Assembly: GCA_965262015.1 (NCBI GenBank)
Contig: OZ253494.1
Span: forward strand, 1,786,720 to 1,850,719
Length of the DNA stretch: 64,000 nucleotides
From: Leptospiria bacterium
GTDB lineage: Bacteria; Spirochaetota; Leptospiria; Turneriellales; CBDBES01
Direction: 5' to 3'
In this document: positions 26,125-35,924 of the stretch, in pieces
Layout of the letters: every line of letters begins with the position of its first letter
Numbering within the stretch: the stretch's first letter is position 1
The notes under the pieces: generated by a model
What the model saw: the letters and a program-made list of their open reading frames with translations, nothing else
What the model was told of the DNA's origin: nothing
Database searches by the model: none
Translations under genes and position numbers: made by a program

Positions 26125-26682
26125 ATGAAACTATATACCATTATTTATCTGTTTTTTCTTCTGTGTTTTGCAAGTTGTATGCCAGAAAACAAGAAAAATT
26201 ATGCGGATACTTCTGTGGCAGGCAACATGAGTTTGCAACAAGCAAGTAACATGAGTTTGCAGCAAGCAAGAGAGCTAATTACCTCAAAACAAAAAAAAGT
26301 AGAGATACCCAATTATATATGGAAAAAACTTTTAACTCCACAAGAATATGATATTTTACGTAATAGTGGTACGGAATATCCATTCACGGGGTCACTTTTA
26401 AAGAATAAACGTAAAGGCATATATATTACAAAAGGTTGTCAACAACCTGTGTTTTCTTCAGAACATAAGTATGACTCTGGTACAGGATGGCCTAGCTTTT
26501 ATGATATGATAGACTCATCTAATCTTATTTTAAAAGCAGATTATTCGTTGGGTGTCAAAAGAATAGAAATATTAGGTTCCAAATGTAATGAACACCTGGG
26601 ACACCTCTTTCATGATGGGCCTCCACCCACGGGACTACGTTATTGTATTAATTCTCTTTCTTTAACATTTATGCCTCAATAG
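26125..26682 (+). CDS. msrB: peptide-methionine (R)-S-oxide reductase, exported (lipoprotein signal)
   Basis: 185 aa. Lipobox LLCFASC. MsrB core reads GTEYPFTG...GTGWPSF...HLGHLFHDGPPPTGLRYCINS. The N-terminal linker has a 24-nt tandem duplication (NMSLQQAS/NMSLQQAR) at about 26222-26270. Confidence 0.85.
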   Translation: MKLYTIIYLFFLLCFASCMPENKKNYADTSVAGNMSLQQASNMSLQQARELITSKQKKVEIPNYIWKKLLTPQEYDILRNSGTEYPFTGSLLKNKRKGIYITKGCQQPVFSSEHKYDSGTGWPSFYDMIDSSNLILKADYSLGVKRIEILGSKCNEHLGHLFHDGPPPTGLRYCINSLSLTFMPQ

Positions 26683-26684
26683 TT

Positions 26685-29351
26685 ATGAATTTTTTGCTAC
26701 ATTATCTCACCGTCCTTCTAGTTTATTTTGTGGTAGGATTTATTAGTGTTATTAATACTGTGGAGTTAGGGTGGTATCCTAAGAAAAAAATTGCTACATC
26801 CGTGGTTTTTTATGCCGTACATAACTCCCAAGAGTTATCAAGACCAGTATTATATATAGCGACAGCAAGTTTGTTAAGTCCATTTGTAAAAGGTAAACTC
26901 AACAGTTTAACTATTCGCTTACATAAATGGGAAAAATCTCAAATGCGCCAGTTTAATGTAGCACGTGTGCGTATGCCTCCATCAAATGTATTATTTCCTT
27001 TGAACTTATCTTTGGCCTATCATAAAGAGCATATTATATTGTGTTGGCAAGAAACAGATCTGGGTACAGTAGAAACCTATATTAAATATGTTGAAAGTAA
27101 AGATGGAGGAAAACATTTTTCCAAAATAAAAACTTTTCATGGGAAGAAAGGGAAAATTTATTTATTACCCGTGTTAAAAGTAGATCAAAAAGGACGTTTT
27201 AGTCTTTTTTACCAGAGAAAGTTATCTAACAACCGCTTCACCTTGGAACAAGCTGTTTATAAGAGTTCAGGCTTTAAACCTTATACCTTAATTGTAAAGG
27301 ATATTCGCTCTGCCAGTTATGGTGTCTTTTTCCCTTCCATTGTTATGCAGAATAAAACCATACGTGTTTTTTTCCAGGATAAACTTAAAAATAACCACCA
27401 AGATGATTTATTTTATGCACATTCTGATAATCGTGGATATAGTTATGATAATGCTGATAGTCTAACTAAGGACTCTCTACAAGATCTAGTTCCCAATGCC
27501 ATTATGATTAAAAATAATTATGAATGGGTATGGCAAAAGCAGGATGGTGAAAGTTCTGATATTTATTATGCCGGTGACAAAGTACTTCCTGTAAAAATAA
27601 CCTCATTAAAGAGTCCATCTTACCATCCTAGCATTAATTATACGGATTCGGTGGGTAGGGTAATTGTATGGCATGATTTTCGAGTGAACCCACCCCAAAT
27701 CTATGCTTCTTTTTTTGATAAAACTGAAATCTCACGACTGAAAAAACCTCATAATGTCAGTCAGTCTAGGTGGTTGGCAGAGGAACCTCAGTTAATCAAT
27801 TGGAATAAAAATCTCTATTTATTTTATTTAACTAAGCAGTCGCTTTACATGAGGCAGGTAGATTCTATAGCAAGTCCTATTCGGATTACATCATCTACTC
27901 ATCGTTTTTCTGTGCCTTCTAGGCGACGTACAGGATTCTTCAGATTGGCATTTGGGTTTGAGCCTTCAGGAATAGCTTCTGTGGCGTGGGCCCAAGATAA
28001 AAAACCTGATACAGTGCCTTTACTTTACAATATTCTAGGTGCAACTAATCATATTACTCTTACAAATATCACCCCAGGTAATTATTACTTGCATGTTAGA
28101 TATAAGGATAGGGCTGGCAATGAATCACCAACATCCCATTATCACTTTATTCTAGATACAACCGTCCCATCAAAGCCGATTATCCAGTCTGATACACATC
28201 TACATGCAACTGTCTCTATAGAAAAAGATGCAAAATTTAGATTTTATTCAGAAGATGACTCTGGTGTTAAATACTATTCTTATGCTTTTTCTCCCAATAG
28301 AAGTGCACCCTTATCAAAACGCACAGAAAATGGAGAATTAAAGTTCCTAGATTTAGAACCTGGGATCTATTATCTTCAAATTCATGCTACTGATTTTGCG
28401 GACAATAAATCAAAAAGAGCTGTGCATAAGGTAATTGTAGAGAGTGTTGATTATTCCTTAATAGTGGATACAAATATCGCTAATAGTCAACTTAAAGAAG
28501 ATAACTTACAGATAAATACCGTTGATACCAAAGATTATCAGGTTGATAGCATTTATTATGCCATTGGGACAGATAAAATAGATCCTTTTGAAAAAGGTAT
28601 ACAAATAGATTTCACGGAAGAGCACAATTACAAGAGTAGTAGTATTCCCCTAGATAAGTTCCGTAAAAAAAGACTATATTTGCTTTCTCTTGGCTATATT
28701 TCCAAAAAAAATAAGAAAAGTAATATAAAATATTTCCCATTTGAATATATAGGTTCGCAATGGTCACCCCGAACAGTGGCACGGCCAACAGTAGAAGAAA
28801 CATCGATAGTAGAAGAAGCACCAATAGCAGAAGAAGCACCAGCAGAGAGTGCAATAACAAACATACCGATAGAGAGAGAAGTGCAAGTTCCAACCCCACA
28901 GTATTCCCAAACATCTGTTACGATTACACCTACCATTGATGTATCTAGGATTAATGAAAAACATAGTATTTACAAGGTACAATTCTCTATACCCGCAAAT
29001 TATCGTCGTCATCTTCGAGGCTACTTTTGGCATCTAACGGATTTACCTTTAGTACCTTCTGATATTCATAAAATTAACTCAAATGGTGGGCCAGAGTACA
29101 TTTATAATCTTGAACCGGGTATTTATTATTTGTCTGTAATGCCTCTTTTAAAAAATCGCCATAGATATTTGTCTTCGTCTTATTCCTATGTTCGTTTAGT
29201 TGTTAAAAACACTTCTTTCTTCTCTAAGTTTAAATTATATTTTTTACTATCACTAATTGGTAGCTTAGTAGTATTAGCAGTTTATTATAGAAATTTAGTA
29301 TATTTCTATTTGTCTGCCTTGCGTCAAAATACATTATCTAGGAAAAGATAG
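26685..29351 (+). CDS. large hypothetical envelope protein, TM segments at both ends, three Y_Y_Y-like Ig/beta-sandwich motifs
   Basis: 888 aa with an N-terminal TM (LTVLLVYFVVGFISVI) and a C-terminal TM (LYFLLSLIGSLVVLAVYY). Repeated motifs: PGNYYLHVRYKDRAGNES, PGIYYLQIHATDFADNKS, PGIYYLSV. An acidic VEETSIVEEAPIAEEAPAES linker is present. Confidence 0.6.
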   Translation: MNFLLHYLTVLLVYFVVGFISVINTVELGWYPKKKIATSVVFYAVHNSQELSRPVLYIATASLLSPFVKGKLNSLTIRLHKWEKSQMRQFNVARVRMPPSNVLFPLNLSLAYHKEHIILCWQETDLGTVETYIKYVESKDGGKHFSKIKTFHGKKGKIYLLPVLKVDQKGRFSLFYQRKLSNNRFTLEQAVYKSSGFKPYTLIVKDIRSASYGVFFPSIVMQNKTIRVFFQDKLKNNHQDDLFYAHSDNRGYSYDNADSLTKDSLQDLVPNAIMIKNNYEWVWQKQDGESSDIYYAGDKVLPVKITSLKSPSYHPSINYTDSVGRVIVWHDFRVNPPQIYASFFDKTEISRLKKPHNVSQSRWLAEEPQLINWNKNLYLFYLTKQSLYMRQVDSIASPIRITSSTHRFSVPSRRRTGFFRLAFGFEPSGIASVAWAQDKKPDTVPLLYNILGATNHITLTNITPGNYYLHVRYKDRAGNESPTSHYHFILDTTVPSKPIIQSDTHLHATVSIEKDAKFRFYSEDDSGVKYYSYAFSPNRSAPLSKRTENGELKFLDLEPGIYYLQIHATDFADNKSKRAVHKVIVESVDYSLIVDTNIANSQLKEDNLQINTVDTKDYQVDSIYYAIGTDKIDPFEKGIQIDFTEEHNYKSSSIPLDKFRKKRLYLLSLGYISKKNKKSNIKYFPFEYIGSQWSPRTVARPTVEETSIVEEAPIAEEAPAESAITNIPIEREVQVPTPQYSQTSVTITPTIDVSRINEKHSIYKVQFSIPANYRRHLRGYFWHLTDLPLVPSDIHKINSNGGPEYIYNLEPGIYYLSVMPLLKNRHRYLSSSYSYVRLVVKNTSFFSKFKLYFLLSLIGSLVVLAVYYRNLVYFYLSALRQNTLSRKR

Positions 29352-29357
29352 TAAAGT

Positions 29358-31103
29358 ATGTCTAGTCGTAATTTTCTTTATATTGCTATTTTATGTAGTA
29401 TCTGCTTTTCTCCGTATTTGGTGTCTAAATCAAAATCTCTAAAGAATTTATGGCCTTTAGCAAATAGTCGCCTAATTCATCTAAAAGACTTTGCTTGGTA
29501 TAATAAATTTTTGACTTTGGTAGATGATACAGATATTGTCTTGGTTAGTCCGTCCACAAACCAAACAAATAATATATTCTCTTTCCCTTATGATATTGTT
29601 GCAGTTCAGGGTTTACGCCTCAATAGAGGAGTGCTTATTGCAGGTTTATCTAAGAATAGAAGGATAATTAACTTTGTAGGTTTTAGTGACAAATGGAATA
29701 TGGTGTACCAGGAGACTTTACGCTTGCCTTATGTTATCGCTTCATTTGATGCACAATTAAATAATAGAGGACGTCCTCTTATTTTGCTACACAGCTATAA
29801 CCAACAAAATCATTTAATTTCCTTATGGGATGATGGAAATTTACATGAATTATATAGATCCCATTATAATATTAAGGCTAGTATAATCGAGCAATCAACT
29901 AACTCTGTACATATTTTACACCAAAGTACAGCAGAACAGATATGGTTAATATATAAGGATGATCAATACCATGAATTTAAGCTACCTATCCAGTTAGTAC
30001 AGAACTTTTTCTTAACCGTTGACCATACCGTATTGTTATTAGGTGTCGATGCGAAGGGTACTTTATGGAGATTTTCATTGAACAACCAAAAATTATCCAG
30101 TGTGCGTGTTTATCGAGACCCCAGATTAATTTTTGTAAGTCAAATTACCTTGGTGTATCACAAAAGTAAACTCAGCCTTTTTATGGTATCCAATGATAAA
30201 GGTTATATTTGGAAAGTTGACTTCAAAAATTTTATTAAGAATCCTAGACTAAACCGTGTTAGTAAACAACGTATACTAGGTAATACTTCCCTACATCCTA
30301 TATACTTAGGAGAGAATTTAAATATATTAATAGAAACACCATTAAAACATGTTTACCTTACTTCTTGGGGTGCGGATAAGTTAGCAATTTATGATGTAAA
30401 ATGGAAAATATCAGGTGAAAAAACAGCTCAATTAACAATTTCTTGGAAAAATGCTAAAAAATCTACCAAGTTATTATATAGTTATCTAATGGATCAAAAA
30501 TCTAATTCAGAGCCTTTGGATGAATACAGCTATCTTCCAAGGAATCAGGCTATACTTTATAACCTCAAAGAGGGAAATTATATTTTACATCTTCAAGCAT
30601 ATGATAAAAAAGCGAAGATAAAATCACCTATTTATCATATACCTATTTTGTTGTTATATACTCCACCAGAACCTAAGATTAGTTTCTTAAATGAGATTTC
30701 ACCTTCTGTGTTTCATCCAGGTGCCATAAGGTTTTACATACAGGATAAATTGGATATAAACTACTATGCAGAAGTAAATAAAATACCTGTTTATACGCCA
30801 AAGAAAAAACTTCAGTTAAAATCTCGTATTGCTGATATCTATGTTGGTGAATCAGAGGACTGGTATTATTTACACATGCGTTCACAAGAACCCAATACAA
30901 AGAAGTATAGCACAGTTTTACATGTACCTTTCTCGATGCGTCCATCAGGCACATCTCTTGAGGGTGGTAATGGTTTCATTGACCATATCTATCATGAATT
31001 ACAGCTTCTATTAAAAAAGACAGATTCTGTTAATAATCAAAATTCTATTAATGAGATTAGAAAGAGACTAGATGTTTTGCAAGAGAAATTAGAAAATGAT
31101 TAA
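29358..31103 (+). CDS. hypothetical secreted protein, distant paralog-like partner of the preceding gene
   Basis: 581 aa with a signal peptide (AILCSICFSPYLVS). It carries the same motif type (EGNYILHLQAYDKKAKIKS) and has a coiled-coil-like C-terminus. It is translationally coupled to its neighbours (6-nt gap upstream, 1-nt overlap downstream). Confidence 0.55.
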   Translation: MSSRNFLYIAILCSICFSPYLVSKSKSLKNLWPLANSRLIHLKDFAWYNKFLTLVDDTDIVLVSPSTNQTNNIFSFPYDIVAVQGLRLNRGVLIAGLSKNRRIINFVGFSDKWNMVYQETLRLPYVIASFDAQLNNRGRPLILLHSYNQQNHLISLWDDGNLHELYRSHYNIKASIIEQSTNSVHILHQSTAEQIWLIYKDDQYHEFKLPIQLVQNFFLTVDHTVLLLGVDAKGTLWRFSLNNQKLSSVRVYRDPRLIFVSQITLVYHKSKLSLFMVSNDKGYIWKVDFKNFIKNPRLNRVSKQRILGNTSLHPIYLGENLNILIETPLKHVYLTSWGADKLAIYDVKWKISGEKTAQLTISWKNAKKSTKLLYSYLMDQKSNSEPLDEYSYLPRNQAILYNLKEGNYILHLQAYDKKAKIKSPIYHIPILLLYTPPEPKISFLNEISPSVFHPGAIRFYIQDKLDINYYAEVNKIPVYTPKKKLQLKSRIADIYVGESEDWYYLHMRSQEPNTKKYSTVLHVPFSMRPSGTSLEGGNGFIDHIYHELQLLLKKTDSVNNQNSINEIRKRLDVLQEKLEND

Positions 31104-31819
31104 TGTATGATATTGTACTCTGTTCTCCTTGGAACTTCATTTCCAATACACAAACCAATATCTTACATTTGCCTTTAACCAAGATAAAGTCTTATGGTTG
31201 GGGTCGTCTTAAACAAACAATTACCAAGAACTATGATATTGGAGTGTTAACTTCAAAAAGTGTGATATTTTGTACGTTTTCCCTAGATCGTCTTCCCGTT
31301 AAACGCATTATTTGTATTGGACCTAGCACAGCACGTGTATTTTACGAACACTATCCAAAATCAAATAAGGTTTATGTTCCCCCTACATATAATGCATTAG
31401 CAGTGGCAGAATGGATTATCCAGCATGTGAAAGGCAAGTCTGTCTTATGGCTAGGTGGGAGAAATGGTATAAAAACAGGAATAGAATTACTACGTGATCA
31501 GCTATATTCAGTGGATATAGTTGACACGCATCAGTCCTGCTTTCTAGATAGAAAGACAATCGAAAATAGTATTAAACACTTAGTAGAACTCACTCCTTTT
31601 ATAGAAGAAGAGAAATATTGGGTCTTGACTTCACCTTCTTCTGCGATGAGTTATATTCGTAATGGTTTGTATAGGAAACAACATCACATTGCTTGCTTAG
31701 GCAAGGAAACCCAGTCAACTTTGCTACAGAATAAGATTACTCCTTATTATGTAGCTCGTCATAGTACATTGGATCATTTATTGAGTGATATATCATGTCT
31801 GATGCTGGGTTATAAGTAA
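31103..31819 (+). CDS. uroporphyrinogen-III synthase (HemD)-like protein
   Basis: 238 aa with a two-lobed HemD-like pattern: ..VLTSKSV..(C)IGPSTARVF...GKSVLWLGGRNG...L...LYSVDIVDTHQ...WVLTSPSS...ACLGKETQSTL. Confidence 0.5.
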   Translation: MYDIVLCSPWNFISNTQTNILHLPLTKIKSYGWGRLKQTITKNYDIGVLTSKSVIFCTFSLDRLPVKRIICIGPSTARVFYEHYPKSNKVYVPPTYNALAVAEWIIQHVKGKSVLWLGGRNGIKTGIELLRDQLYSVDIVDTHQSCFLDRKTIENSIKHLVELTPFIEEEKYWVLTSPSSAMSYIRNGLYRKQHHIACLGKETQSTLLQNKITPYYVARHSTLDHLLSDISCLMLGYK

Positions 31820-31842
31820 AAAAAGGCAGTGTTTCCACTGCC
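31818..31842 (-). terminator. Rho-independent terminator of flaB (31870-32712)
   Basis: GGCAGTG-tttc-CACTGCC forms a 7-bp hairpin. On the minus strand it is followed by TTTTTTT (plus-strand A-run at 31818-31824). Confidence 0.7.
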
Positions 31843-31869
31843 TAAAGTCCATTTTACAGGGTCGTTATT

Positions 31870-32712
31870 TTATCCGATCAGTCGCAAAATCGTTTGTGAT
31901 TGATTATTTGACTTGGATAACATCGCCATACCACTCTGTAACAATATTTGTCGTGTTGTGAGGTTTACCATCTCCTCGGCCATGTCAGCATCACGAATAC
32001 GCGATTCAGATGCCTGCACGTTCTCATAGGCTGTCATTAAACCTCTAGCAACATTCTCTAAGCGATTTTGGTAAGCTCCTAAATCAGCTCTTTGCTTCAG
32101 TAGTTTTTCCAAACTACTATCTATTACTCCAATTAATTCATTTGCTCTTGTAATTGTAGAAATTGAAGCAATGGTGTTGTTGCTTTTTAAGTTGAATGCT
32201 GTTGCCGTCATTGTAGCAATATATACCCTTTCACGTTGATACATATTTGGCCCCATGTGAAACCACATCGAAGCACGTCTAGACGTTCTAGAGAAATCAC
32301 CTTGAAACAATTGGAAGCGGTTAAATTCCGCTTGGGAAGCTATTCTATCTATTTCGTCAATTAATTGAGATACTTCAATCTGCATTAATTGGCGATCTTC
32401 ACTAGTGTAGATCCCATTTGCTGCTTGGATAGACAAAACACGCATTCTCTGGAATACATTTGTCACTTGTTCAAGATAACCTTCGGCAGTTTGTACAAAA
32501 CTCATACCATCTTCAGTATTACGTTCAGCCTGCCTTAATCCTAAAATTTGTGTTTTGAGTTTTTCTGCAACTGCTAAGCCCGAGGCATCATCTCCTGCAC
32601 GGGTTATTCTCATGCCCGAAGATAACTTTCTTGTGGTACTATCTATGTCCCACTGGTTAAACTTCAAAACTCTATGAGTGTTAATTGCACTCATATTGTG
32701 ATTAATAATCAT
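31870..32712 (-). CDS. flaB: flagellar filament core protein FlaB (flagellin)
   Basis: The preferred start is [11 protein letters not shown], 8 nt after AAGGAG; the ORF-track GTG at 32721 abuts the RBS. Conserved flagellin termini: [16 protein letters not shown]...Q..GL.QA.RN..DG.S..QTAEG and ..[13 protein letters not shown]...T..QIL.QSG.AML. Confidence 0.9.
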   Translation of the reverse strand: MIINHNMSAINTHRVLKFNQWDIDSTTRKLSSGMRITRAGDDASGLAVAEKLKTQILGLRQAERNTEDGMSFVQTAEGYLEQVTNVFQRMRVLSIQAANGIYTSEDRQLMQIEVSQLIDEIDRIASQAEFNRFQLFQGDFSRTSRRASMWFHMGPNMYQRERVYIATMTATAFNLKSNNTIASISTITRANELIGVIDSSLEKLLKQRADLGAYQNRLENVARGLMTAYENVQASESRIRDADMAEEMVNLTTRQILLQSGMAMLSKSNNQSQTILRLIG

Positions 32713-32786
32713 CGTAGACACTCCTTGTCATTTATTTGGTCTTCTTTGATACAATTTATATCTCAGATTCCCAAGAAAATTCACGT

Positions 32787-32832
32787 GAAAAAAAGTTATA
32801 CGGGATAGTACGAACAAATATCCCGTATAACT
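32787..32832 (-). terminator. strong hairpin plus T7, terminator-like, between the two flaB genes
   Basis: The minus strand reads AGTTATACGGGATA-tttgttcgtac-TATCCCGTATAACT (perfect 14-bp stem) followed by TTTTTTT. Confidence 0.65.
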
Positions 32833-33076
32833 ACTTAGTTTGGAAGGAAGATCAATAAATTTTATTAATCCGAAATTACACTTAATCATGTGATATCTCT
32901 TGGGAATCTGAACTATGTAACATTTACATGTTCTGTATACCAAGACAAAGAATTTAGGATAGCAAGTCAGCTAACCTATCTACATTTTCAAATAGCATAG
33001 AAACATAAGCCGTTATTTTACTACGGCCTATATCCCTTTGTACTCTTACTTTCTTTCGTTATTGGTCATATCAATA

Positions 33077-33922
33077 CTATCTCAATAGTTGTAGAACTGT
33101 TTGAGATTGTGCATTGGCCTGTGCTACCATAGCTGTACCACTTTGAACAAGAATCTGATTTCTAGTGAAATCACTCATCTCTTCCGCCATATCTACGTCT
33201 CTGATACGAGATTCAGAAGCCTGAATATTCTCGTAAGCACTCATTAGCCCTTTTGAGGCGTACTCCATACGATTGTAATAGGCTCCTAAATTTGCCCTCT
33301 CTTTGTTGACAATAAAGAGAGCTTCATCCATTAAACCAATTACTTCATTAGATTTTGTTGCTGTCGACAGGCTGATATTTGTTCCATCGGCGTTTTTCAT
33401 TTTCAATGCATTCGCCGTCATAGTTTTAACATATATCCTTTCACGTTGATGTGTATTAGCTCCAATGTGTAACCACATCGAAGTGTTTCTTGAGGTTCTA
33501 GAGAAATCACCTTGAAATAATTTCAAGGTATTAAATTCTGCCACAGAAGCTATTCTATCTACTTCATCAATTAACTGTGATACCTCCACTTGTATCATCA
33601 AACGGTCTTCTTGCGTATAGATACCATTAGAACTTTGTACAGACAAAGTTCTAATCCTATGTACCATCGCAGCAGTTTGGTGCAGATAACCTTCAGCAGT
33701 TTGTATAAAACTCATCCCATCTTCTGCGTTTCTTTCCGCTTGACGTAAACCTTTGATCTGCGCACGCATCTTTTCGGATACAGCTAAGCCAGAAGCATCA
33801 TCCCCTGCCTTATTGATACGCATACCACTTGAAAGTTTTTCCATGTTATGGTTTACATCCCAGTGCTTAAACTTGAGCACACGATTAGAATTAATCGCTG
33901 CCATGTTATGGTTTATGATCAT
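33077..33922 (-). CDS. flaB: flagellar filament core protein FlaB (flagellin), second paralog
   Basis: 281 aa. Starts [18 protein letters not shown] with RBS AAGGAGGAG 7 nt upstream. Same conserved N- and C-terminal flagellin domains. Confidence 0.9.
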   Translation of the reverse strand: MIINHNMAAINSNRVLKFKHWDVNHNMEKLSSGMRINKAGDDASGLAVSEKMRAQIKGLRQAERNAEDGMSFIQTAEGYLHQTAAMVHRIRTLSVQSSNGIYTQEDRLMIQVEVSQLIDEVDRIASVAEFNTLKLFQGDFSRTSRNTSMWLHIGANTHQRERIYVKTMTANALKMKNADGTNISLSTATKSNEVIGLMDEALFIVNKERANLGAYYNRMEYASKGLMSAYENIQASESRIRDVDMAEEMSDFTRNQILVQSGTAMVAQANAQSQTVLQLLR

Positions 33923-34147
33923 TTTCGACTCCTCCTTGAATCGCTTTTAAATCTATTTACAATACATATGCTCTGGACATCCTTATCCCACATGTCTGTA
34001 TTGCACCCAAATAAACATTCACTTGGATCATAGATTCTCTGTGTGTAATTTCGGAATTCTTATTGTTAAACTAAAAAAGGATAAGACAAATAATATTTCC
34101 TGGTGTTCTAGTTTAGTTTATTATGATATAGAGGTGCAGTTTAGATA

Positions 34148-35032
34148 ATGTTTAGTATGACAGGTTATGGTGAAAGCCATTTAACAATCAATCAAAATAA
34201 GTTTCGTGTACGTATACGTAGTTTTAACTCTAAGTTTCTAGAACCCTGCTATACATTACCAGAAGGGTTAGAAGGCTTGGTAAATATCCTAGATAAGCAT
34301 GTAAAATCTAGACTTAATCGAGGCAAGATAGAAGTTTATCTTGATGCTGACCAAAATACATTCCAGCAACCCTATTTTAACAAGAATATATTGGAGCAAT
34401 ACCAAACAGCGTTTGCACAGTTTTATAAAAAAGATAACATAAAAATACCCATGGAATTATTAGTCCAACTACCTGGTTTTATTAGTACCAAGTATCAAGG
34501 TTTACAGGATATTAGTTCTAAAATAGAATTTTATTTTTTGAGGGCTTTGCTAAAACTTATCCAAGAAAGAAGAAGAGAAGGTCGCCAGATTAAACGACTT
34601 ATTAAGATATTACTTAGAACCTTAAAGAAAACACTTTATAAAATAGTCGTTTTGCATAAAAAAGAACATAAAGAACATGTAAAAATGATTAGAGGCAAAT
34701 TTAGTCAGCTGGTTGTACGTAATCCAAACTTAGCTAGATCCATAGAAGTTAAAGACAAACTTTGGTATGCCTGTAAAGATGAGTTAATCAACACATTAGT
34801 GAATGATATTGCAGAAGAGATTGCTCGATTGGATATTCACATTAAAAATATGGAGCAGTGTATTGAAGTGGATGATATTGTAGGCAAGAAATTAGAGTTT
34901 TATTCACAAGAGCTAATACGTGAAGTAAATACTTTGACTGCTAAAACAGATAATATTATTATCAATGAATTAGGTATCGCAATGAAAGTATCTATTGAGC
35001 GCATACGGGAACAAATACGCAACATAGAATAA
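34148..35032 (+). CDS. yicC: YicC-family stress-induced protein
   Basis: 294 aa. N-terminus has MTGYG. C-terminus reads DIAEEIARLDIHIKNM...GKKLEFYSQELIREVNTLTAKT (DUF1732 signature). Confidence 0.8.
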   Translation: MFSMTGYGESHLTINQNKFRVRIRSFNSKFLEPCYTLPEGLEGLVNILDKHVKSRLNRGKIEVYLDADQNTFQQPYFNKNILEQYQTAFAQFYKKDNIKIPMELLVQLPGFISTKYQGLQDISSKIEFYFLRALLKLIQERRREGRQIKRLIKILLRTLKKTLYKIVVLHKKEHKEHVKMIRGKFSQLVVRNPNLARSIEVKDKLWYACKDELINTLVNDIAEEIARLDIHIKNMEQCIEVDDIVGKKLEFYSQELIREVNTLTAKTDNIIINELGIAMKVSIERIREQIRNIE

Positions 35033-35066
35033 AGTAAATAGGTATTATTTACTTTATGGACGTATT

Positions 35067-35909
35067 ATGTTAGATTATCGCTATAAAAATCTTTATGTTA
35101 AGTGTATTACCATCGGGGGTATAGAGACATGCTATATCCTTCCACAGTTAGGTATAGCTTTTGACGTTGGCCGTGCACCTAGATCTTTGATTAATATACC
35201 TACTATCTTTTTAACTCATGGCCATTTAGATCATGCATCAGGCTTACCTTATTATGTAGGACAGCGTGCTTTACGTAATTTATCTGTTCCAAATGTATAT
35301 TTATCCAAAAAACTTAAACCTTATTTAGAAAGTATTTTACAACTATGGGGTAAGGTCGAAGACTTCCAAAGCCCCTGTAATTTTCATGCTGTTGATCCCC
35401 AACAAGATATTTGGATTGGTGATCGTACCTATGTGAGGGTTCTGGATTCATTTCATAGAGTCCCCAGTCATGGTTATGTTATTTTTGAGCGTACGATCAA
35501 GCTTAAAAAAAAGTATGTGGGCTTGTCATCAGCAGAAATTGTACAACTTAAGAAACAGGGCAAGTTAATTGTAGAAGAAGTAGATATACCTATATTCGCT
35601 TTTTCTGGTGATACAACCATCGAATTTGTTTTACATAATCCCGTTGTATTAGAGGCTAAGGTACTCTTTATGGAGTCAACCTATCTAGATAAAAAGCGTC
35701 CAGTAGAAAGGGCTCGTAAATGGGGCCATACTCATCTAGACGAAATTATCATGAACCAGGATAAATTTAAAAATGAGAAATTAGTTCTAGTACATTTATC
35801 ACAAATTTATTCTAGAGAATCTGTGGCGGCTGTACTAAAGCAATCAGATATTCATCTTAGAGGTAGGCTTGATATTATTTATCGTTCTGGTATCTACTCT
35901 TACGTGTAA
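35067..35909 (+). CDS. MBL-fold metallo-hydrolase (RNase Z-like)
   Basis: 280 aa with LTHGHLDHASGLPYY (HxHxDH motif) and a downstream histidine (WGHTH). Confidence 0.6.
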   Translation: MLDYRYKNLYVKCITIGGIETCYILPQLGIAFDVGRAPRSLINIPTIFLTHGHLDHASGLPYYVGQRALRNLSVPNVYLSKKLKPYLESILQLWGKVEDFQSPCNFHAVDPQQDIWIGDRTYVRVLDSFHRVPSHGYVIFERTIKLKKKYVGLSSAEIVQLKKQGKLIVEEVDIPIFAFSGDTTIEFVLHNPVVLEAKVLFMESTYLDKKRPVERARKWGHTHLDEIIMNQDKFKNEKLVLVHLSQIYSRESVAAVLKQSDIHLRGRLDIIYRSGIYSYV

Positions 35910-35924
35910 TATTGGTGCCTGTCT

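Noticed and set aside
32728-32943. 71-aa ORF between the two flaB genes. The ORFs at 33753-34033 were considered in the same way.
   Set aside because: It covers the terminator hairpin and inverted repeats of the flaB leader, or lies antisense to flaB. It has no coding signal.
33923-34050. Sigma-28 promoter (TAAA-N15-GCCGATAA) upstream of the flaB genes.
   Set aside because: Only partial -10-like matches were seen (GGGATAA upstream of 33922; GAGATAT upstream of 32712), with no convincing -35 TAAA. That is not enough to annotate.
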